Notes under the pieces: model-generated
What the model saw: the letters and a program-made list of their open reading frames with translations, nothing else
The model's database searches: none
Told to the model about the DNA's origin: nothing
Source: Promethearchaeota archaeon
Lineage (GTDB): Archaea; Asgardarchaeota; Lokiarchaeia; Sigyniarchaeales; SOKP01
Assembly: GCA_011364925.1 (NCBI GenBank)
Contig: RDOA01000004.1
Coordinates: 1 to 13,001 of the forward strand
Reading direction: 5' to 3'
DNA length: 13,001 nucleotides
In this document: piece after piece, positions 7,269 through 13,001 of the stretch
Layout of the letters: every line of letters begins with the position of its first letter
Numbering within the stretch: position 1 is the first letter of the stretch
Position numbers and translations under genes: made by a program

Positions 7269-7303
7269 TTTTCTTATTTTCTTATTTTATTTTCTTATTT
7301 TTT
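7269..7303. repeat. Short tandem repeat (TTTTCTTA)x3 with one truncated unit, immediately upstream of the ugd start
   Basis: TTTTCTTA TTTTCTTA TTTTA TTTTCTTA TTTTTT, starting 10 nt from the ugd ATG. Confidence 0.55.
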
Positions 7304-7399
7304 AATAATAACAGTAAGTTTGAATTTAAGTTTAAGTTTTATAATTCTATTAAATCAAAATGTTGAATTATAGCTGAGAAAAACTTATAAGATAAAGTA

Positions 7400-7858
7400 T
7401 TATTGGCGTTTCCTTTTTGGAAGAGCCCCTTCAACTAATTCTATCATAAATCCAAGTAACGCATCTGTATCTAAGTATACCCACCTTAACATACTTTTGC
7501 CCTTTTGAACCACCTTAAATCCTTTTTGAATGAAAAACTCAATATACTTTTCGATATCAAATACAAGCACATCAATATGATGTAGTCCTTCCCGCCCCTT
7601 ATTCAAAAATTCGTAGTATAAATTATCTTCTCCGGAGATTAATTGGATTAATTCTATAGTATAGGAGTTTAAAAGACGAGATTTAGCACATTTTAAGGTG
7701 ACTTTAGCTTTTTTATCGCGATAGATGATGGGCGCATTTATATATTCATGATACGAGAATTTAGGCATCCCAAATGAAGTCTCTAATATTTGCGCTTGTT
7801 TCTCTATATCTTTATATACATAACTCAATTGAATTATTTGGAAGTCTTTTTGACTCAT
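7400..7858 (-). CDS. VOC family protein (methylmalonyl-CoA epimerase / Glyoxalase_4-like)
   Basis: Motifs IIQLSYVYKDIE, IELIQ, GREGLHHI and YLDT...G..IELVE give Q/E/H/E metal ligands. Confidence 0.85.
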   Translation of the reverse strand: MSQKDFQIIQLSYVYKDIEKQAQILETSFGMPKFSYHEYINAPIIYRDKKAKVTLKCAKSRLLNSYTIELIQLISGEDNLYYEFLNKGREGLHHIDVLVFDIEKYIEFFIQKGFKVVQKGKSMLRWVYLDTDALLGFMIELVEGALPKRKRQ

Positions 7859-7918
7859 TTTGTTAAAGATAGTATCACTTTATTTCAAATTTTACAATTT
7901 AATTATTAATAATTTAAT

Positions 7919-8932
7919 TTATATTTCTCTATAACCTAAATCCACCATCATTCCGTAAACAATACTTAAAGTTAATTTTCGTAAAGCTTCGTTATCAGCA
8001 TATCCTTCAGATACATCTGATCTTGATTCCATCCAAGGGAAAATACTATCAAAAACGAACCTTGTTTCGGGTATCTGATTATAATAATTAATTACCATTT
8101 CCTTGAACTCTTTCATAAGAATGGGGTGTTCCTCCATTATTTCCTTAACGTTTTCTATGCCTAAAACAATCCCCGCATGACTAAAACCCGCACTATGGGG
8201 TGATAACTCTTTTAAGATTTCAACCGATTTCATATATTCATTATAATTAAAATTTGGGGCAGAACAACTTGGTAGGGTAATCATTCTATCTCTATGATTT
8301 TTTAATCCCATAGCACATCCAAAATAAATAAAGTCTAATTGATCATCTATGAAAAACATTGGACAAACATGATCGGGAGCATGTCCAGGAGTTTCAATAA
8401 TACTTAAATGAACAATATTATCAAGGGATCGAAAACTCTCTATAATATTTTTATTAGAAATTGATTCATAATATTCTGATGAATGTAGAATTTTAAAAGC
8501 ATTATCATCTATTTTTCTTATTTCACCTATTAATCCTCCAAATGTTTTTTTAGCATGAACAAAGTGAGGTTCACATTTAAAATTATCAATTCTTTCTTTA
8601 AATTTTAAAGAACATAATATTCTGACATCTGGATTTTCTTCTTTTATTTTACTATACAATTTCCATAGCCCACCAATGTGATCGAAGTGATGATGTGTGG
8701 GTATTATATATCTAACAGATGACAATGAAATATTATTCTTTTTCATATATCTTAGTAGTCGGTTTATTTCAAAAGATGTACCACAATCTAAGATTATTGT
8801 ATCTTCATCGAATTCCGCTATGAAGCAAGAAAAAACCCTAACTCGATTGAACTGTTTAATATCAACTAAATGTAAATAATTATTTAGTTTACCTGATTCA
8901 TATTTGTAATTTCTGCCCTTTAAAACACTCAT
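7919..8932 (-). CDS. MBL-fold metallo-hydrolase
   Basis: Motifs ILDCG, THHHFDHIGG (HxHxDH), TPGHAPDH, YFGCAMG (motif 4) and FSHAG (motif 5). Confidence 0.9.
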   Translation of the reverse strand: MSVLKGRNYKYESGKLNNYLHLVDIKQFNRVRVFSCFIAEFDEDTIILDCGTSFEINRLLRYMKKNNISLSSVRYIIPTHHHFDHIGGLWKLYSKIKEENPDVRILCSLKFKERIDNFKCEPHFVHAKKTFGGLIGEIRKIDDNAFKILHSSEYYESISNKNIIESFRSLDNIVHLSIIETPGHAPDHVCPMFFIDDQLDFIYFGCAMGLKNHRDRMITLPSCSAPNFNYNEYMKSVEILKELSPHSAGFSHAGIVLGIENVKEIMEEHPILMKEFKEMVINYYNQIPETRFVFDSIFPWMESRSDVSEGYADNEALRKLTLSIVYGMMVDLGYREI

Positions 8933-9032
8933 AGTAAGTAATAATCATAAATCCATATTTAAATATAATTCAGGTACATCCATACTTAATCTTTATTGAA
9001 ATAATTGATTGAAACACTGTATTTATACATTT

Positions 9033-9099
9033 TAAATCCTTTATTTATCGACAAACGAAATAAAAGATTTATTTTAGAAAAAAGAATATTTTAAAAAAA
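9033..9099 (-). terminator. U-rich tract plus stem-loop downstream of the oxidoreductase operon
   Basis: After the TAA the minus strand reads ATTTTTTTAAAATATTCTTTTTTC, then the hairpin TAAATCTTTTATTTCG-TTTGT-CGATAAATAAAGGATTTA (9033-9071) with one G.U pair and a 2-nt bulge. Confidence 0.5.
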
Positions 9100-10740
9100 T
9101 TATTCTTCATATTTTTTCCCATCAGTGTAATTTCCTGGGTCTGAAGCATTATTTGGATCAAATTCGTATTTGATTGCTTTCATCCATGTGTGGTAATTAT
9201 TTGTAATCGATCCAAACATATCGCATTGATGTACGGATCCCTCCATATCCCCTATGCCTAAACCAATTCCAAGAGGATATGTTTTACTTGCCTCTATTAC
9301 CGAATCAAGGTAATGAATCGCAGCTTTACGAGATGTTTCGTCAGTTATATCATACATAAATAACTCTTCTAAATGAGAGAATGTTCCTCCTTCATAGGGA
9401 TTCCCCCAAACATTATCTGCTCCATCATCAACTAATCCTCCAGTATCAATCGCTTCTTGTTTTAATCTTTCTCCGATTTTAGCGCCCTCAACGCACCAAT
9501 CCCAGCTTCCCAGAGCGCCTAAAGAGGTGTGAAAGCCTCCTCCAGCTCTAAATACCCCTCTCGTTGTATTACATTGCCTTACTATTGCCAAAAAAGCTAA
9601 AGCTTTCAACGGCTTAATCTGCAGAATGGGATTATGTTCGCCATTTGTTTTTTCGACTATATGATTCAACATTTTTTGCCGGTACTCAAATTCTTTTTCA
9701 TTATCAGCTACAATTACTACAATCAATTCGTGTCCTCCTCTATGAGCCATATCTTGAAAGATTTTTTCTGTATACATTGTTGTATTATTAGGAGCAGATG
9801 CTAAAGCCAAATCGAATCCTTGTATTCTACAAAGACCCCAACATATCTCTGAATAAGCTAATAAATAACCTGCTTCTTTGAAATCTTCCCAATCGTCCCA
9901 AATAACGTGGAAAATATCACAATTTTTTGGCATCTTATTTTTAACTAAGCTGTAATTTGGAGAACGACCTTGAATTTCCAATATTTTTGGTCCAGGCCAA
10001 TCGTAAATCTTTATGGCCGCCTTTGTAAAAACACCCATACCTCCAAATGCTCCAAAATAACCTCTATATACTCCGCGTATGCTTGGTCCTGGACCGTCAG
10101 CGAGATACCATTCAGAAGCGTCAATTTTTTTGTTAGGATCCTCAACACCCTCAAATGAGCTCCAAGAACCTATTCTGCATACATTACCTTCAGGCATAAC
10201 CCATTCTGCTCCGACAATGTTTCTATTAGAAAATCCTGTTGAGATTCCGGTCCAACCCTGACCGCACATACTTGTAACCGTTACTAATTGCGATCCATTC
10301 GCTCCACATCCAGCAACATGACAGTTTAATCCTAATTTAAAGAGCTCCGTTTGAAGTTGACCGCTAATCACATAAGGTTCGACCACTGCTATCATGTTTT
10401 TTGGATCGATGTCTAAAATTTTATTCATTCTTCGGCAATCTAATATTATAACCGTATCTTCTCGTCCAGCACAATTATGAGCGCCCCAACCGGTACTTTG
10501 TGCTTTAAATTGCAACCCATTTTCATTGCAGTATTTTACAATCTTCACGATCTCATCTGTTTTGGAAGGTAAAACGACACATATTGGGCGATTTGTAAAT
10601 TTAGAATCTCCTCCCGTCCCAAGATCGGCAAGATATTGATATGCATAGTTGTCTAATAAATAATCATCAGAGTTAGCAAATCTATCACCTACAATATTTT
10701 GCATTGCGGTTAAAACTTCATTTCTGTCTATTCTACTCAT
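9100..10740 (-). CDS. FAD-binding oxidoreductase, VAO/PCMH (GlcD-like) superfamily
   Basis: Motifs VVLPSKTDEIVKIVKYCN, STGWG, LDCRRMNKILDID....AVVEPYV, G.EWVMPEG, GMGVFTK and the C-terminal IKYEFDPNN. Its ATG overlaps the upstream TGA (ATGA at 10737-10740). Confidence 0.9.
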   Translation of the reverse strand: MSRIDRNEVLTAMQNIVGDRFANSDDYLLDNYAYQYLADLGTGGDSKFTNRPICVVLPSKTDEIVKIVKYCNENGLQFKAQSTGWGAHNCAGREDTVIILDCRRMNKILDIDPKNMIAVVEPYVISGQLQTELFKLGLNCHVAGCGANGSQLVTVTSMCGQGWTGISTGFSNRNIVGAEWVMPEGNVCRIGSWSSFEGVEDPNKKIDASEWYLADGPGPSIRGVYRGYFGAFGGMGVFTKAAIKIYDWPGPKILEIQGRSPNYSLVKNKMPKNCDIFHVIWDDWEDFKEAGYLLAYSEICWGLCRIQGFDLALASAPNNTTMYTEKIFQDMAHRGGHELIVVIVADNEKEFEYRQKMLNHIVEKTNGEHNPILQIKPLKALAFLAIVRQCNTTRGVFRAGGGFHTSLGALGSWDWCVEGAKIGERLKQEAIDTGGLVDDGADNVWGNPYEGGTFSHLEELFMYDITDETSRKAAIHYLDSVIEASKTYPLGIGLGIGDMEGSVHQCDMFGSITNNYHTWMKAIKYEFDPNNASDPGNYTDGKKYEE

Positions 10741-12080
10741 TTTTTCATCAACTCCAATACTAATTGATTGATATCCCTATATTGAAGATCTTTCCCCGTA
10801 TCTGAGATTCCATCTTCAAAATTAGTCTTACAAAATGGACAGGCACTAACGAGAAATTTTTCAGTGTTTTTTTCTTTTGAAGCTTCTTTTAGAACAAATT
10901 CTGCTTCTTCAAGACGATTTTTTACCGCAGACATCGCCATTTCTGGAAATGCCGCTTTTACCCCACCTCCAGAGCCGCAACAATAAGCATACTCATTAAT
11001 ACGAAACATTTCAACAAATTCGATTGCTTTATTCATTCTTTTAAATATCTCTCTTGGAGCATCATAAACACCCTTAGTTCCTCGTCTATAAATTTTAGGC
11101 GGATCATATACGGTAATTTGATTGTAGACTTTCTTTTTAGTTCCCTTCCATTCAGAAACATACGGATCGGCACCTCTTCCTAAATGACATGGGTCATGAT
11201 ATGTTATAATCGGTTTTTTTTCTGTTTCCTCAAATAGGATCATCTTCTTCCGAATAGCGTCTTCAATTACTTCAACCATGTGACGGAATTTGATTTTTTT
11301 CCACATTCTAATGTGCTCTTCATCCAATTGATGAGGATATTCTGCTACAAACATGGCGTAACATCCGGGACAAGCAGTTATCACTTCTTCGACTCCTAAT
11401 CTATTGAACAACTCGATATTAGATTGCATGTATTTCTTAGAAGTTTCGACCTGACCAGATCTATAAATTGGAGAACCGCAGCAAATTTCGTCATTAGAGA
11501 CCTGAAACTCATAATCAATAGCATTAAGTATTTCTACACTTGCTTGGGCCATATCTTGCTGTCGATATGAAGCAGTACATCCCGTAAAAAATAATGCTTT
11601 TGAATTTGGATTTGAATTTGCGCCCGTTTTCTTGATCCAATCTTGTCGATTCTCATGGGGTTCGCCGTAAGGATTATTATATTTCTCGGTAGCATCAGCG
11701 TATTTTTTATGAGAAGGATGAGGACCAATCCTCTCAACTATATATCTTCTTACATCGAAAATGGTATCAAGAACTTCTATGTCCGTAGAGTATTTGCAAG
11801 ATGTATCACATGCCCCACATAGAGTACATTGTAATACACTATCCCTCATGGTCTCAGTAACTTCTATTCTATCATAATAAAGAGATGCTCCCACTACAAT
11901 TTTTCCACCGCCAGACCAAGGGTGAAAATAACCATAATCCATAGAGGCGCATACCGAGGAAAATTCGGCGGACTTTATTTGAGCCAATGGAGGCCATTTA
12001 CATAAACTACAGCGGGCACACCTCCAAAATTCATCAGTATGTTTATCTAATAATTTTTTGCTTTCTTCCATTTTTATCAT
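10737..12080 (-). CDS. (Fe-S)-binding protein, GlpC/GlcF/HdrD-like (2x[4Fe-4S] plus two CCG domains)
   Basis: Motifs CARCSLC...C, CTLCGACDTSC, FTGC...EICCG...TACPGC and YHDPCHLGR...YCCGSGGG...SACPFC. The true start may be the second Met (12071). Confidence 0.92.
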   Translation of the reverse strand: MIKMEESKKLLDKHTDEFWRCARCSLCKWPPLAQIKSAEFSSVCASMDYGYFHPWSGGGKIVVGASLYYDRIEVTETMRDSVLQCTLCGACDTSCKYSTDIEVLDTIFDVRRYIVERIGPHPSHKKYADATEKYNNPYGEPHENRQDWIKKTGANSNPNSKALFFTGCTASYRQQDMAQASVEILNAIDYEFQVSNDEICCGSPIYRSGQVETSKKYMQSNIELFNRLGVEEVITACPGCYAMFVAEYPHQLDEEHIRMWKKIKFRHMVEVIEDAIRKKMILFEETEKKPIITYHDPCHLGRGADPYVSEWKGTKKKVYNQITVYDPPKIYRRGTKGVYDAPREIFKRMNKAIEFVEMFRINEYAYCCGSGGGVKAAFPEMAMSAVKNRLEEAEFVLKEASKEKNTEKFLVSACPFCKTNFEDGISDTGKDLQYRDINQLVLELMKK

Positions 12081-12095
12081 ATCATCTTTAAATAA

Positions 12096-13001
12096 TTAAA
12101 AAATTAATTGTCCTCTATTAAGAACCATATCTGGATCAAAAATTCGTTTCAATTTTCTCAGTCCCTCTTGAAAAACTTGATTATTATCTGTAAAAGCCAT
12201 GTCATTTATAAGTTCATAGGAACGGGAGAAAAATCCACCATTCAAAACCGCAAATTGCCCTATTTCCTTAGCTATTGTTCTAACTTTTTCAATTGAATAT
12301 TCAATTTTATTAGAATCAGGTCTATCTGCTATAATTGAGAATTCTAAATTTACTGCTCTTGCTTGAATCAGGGGTTGTATACAGATATTCACGCGGTCCA
12401 TGGGAAGGTTATGTCTGTTAAGAATGTTTTCAGCTCCCTTAAGATGAGTTTGTATTCGATCTAGGGTTGTATTATAAAATAAATCTACTGCTACGGATGT
12501 TTCTGAAAATTTGGGATGCGGTTTGACAGTATTTCCATCAAGAAGAGGTTCAATTTCATTTTGAGTTATCCCTGAGATATTATCAATTGCTTCTAAGCCA
12601 ACTTGACTAAGAATTTCGTTGCAACATTCCATCTGGTAAGAAATTTTATCATCAGGGAGTAACTCATAGCCGTTTATAGCAAATATCAAAATGTATTTCT
12701 TGATATTTCCGTTTATAGATGGAAAAGTAGCTTTTATTAAGTTATCATTTACAATAAATATTTCATCAATCCATCGTTTTCTTACTGCGGAGTATATAAA
12801 TTCGGTGAGTGGTTTAATTGAATCTGAATTGATAAATTTGATTTTTCTTTTAGTAGGGATAAAATCACATTGCATAGAAATCCACGATACTATACCATAA
12901 GTACCTTTAGAAGCTTGTATTATTCTAAAAATATCTGTTTGACCAGGACCTAGGGGACTAGTTAGAGCGGCTCCAAATTTTCTATTTGTTTCGATATCCA
13001 A
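12096..13001 (-). CDS. FAD-binding oxidoreductase (VAO/GlcD-like), C-terminal part; 5'-truncated by the window edge
   Basis: GPGQTDIFRIIQASKGTYGIVSW marks the end of the FAD-binding domain, with GGFFSRSY and the C-terminal LRKLKRIFDPDMVLNRG. The listed start is a TTG at the window boundary. Confidence 0.85.
   Translation of the reverse strand: MDIETNRKFGAALTSPLGPGQTDIFRIIQASKGTYGIVSWISMQCDFIPTKRKIKFINSDSIKPLTEFIYSAVRKRWIDEIFIVNDNLIKATFPSINGNIKKYILIFAINGYELLPDDKISYQMECCNEILSQVGLEAIDNISGITQNEIEPLLDGNTVKPHPKFSETSVAVDLFYNTTLDRIQTHLKGAENILNRHNLPMDRVNICIQPLIQARAVNLEFSIIADRPDSNKIEYSIEKVRTIAKEIGQFAVLNGGFFSRSYELINDMAFTDNNQVFQEGLRKLKRIFDPDMVLNRGQLIF

Noticed and set aside
9033-9071. SECIS-like element in the 3' UTR of the oxidoreductase operon
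   Set aside because: It lacks the AUGA/GA core and there is no in-frame TGA in the visible upstream genes. It is better explained as a terminator or stability hairpin.
1561-12900. Other short ORFs (1561-1794, 6001-6333, 8697-8879, 9970-10158, 10079-10261, 11534-11737, 12108-12296, 12691-12900)
   Set aside because: All lie wholly within well-supported genes, either antisense or out of frame, and show no protein-like features.

Overview
AT-rich window that looks archaeal. The protein families, N-glycosylation-rich surface protein, BRE/TATA-like motifs and oligo-T ends suggest Lokiarchaeia/Asgard, which is an inference only. Almost all genes are on the minus strand. In transcription order: a partial FAD-linked oxidoreductase, a GlpC/HdrD-like CCG Fe-S protein, a second FAD-linked oxidoreductase, an MBL-fold hydrolase, a VOC protein, UDP-glucose 6-dehydrogenase (ugd), a membrane protein, an orphan family-5 ABC solute-binding protein, an amidohydrolase and a Mef(A)-like MFS transporter. 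These converge on the 3' end of a probable 2-oxoacid:ferredoxin oxidoreductase beta subunit on the + strand. The apparently empty gap at 5219-5900 holds two features missing from the ORF track. One is a 56-aa two-helix membrane protein gene (+, 5660-5830). The other is a gap-free, about 66%-identical second copy of the last 57 codons of ugd with one in-frame stop (-, 5333-5506), which looks like a 3'-end replacement or paralog-deletion scar. Also notable are non-canonical residues at key positions of several enzymes and a palindrome-packed control region upstream of the amidohydrolase-MFS pair. No rRNA, tRNA, CRISPR array, integrase or transposase was seen.
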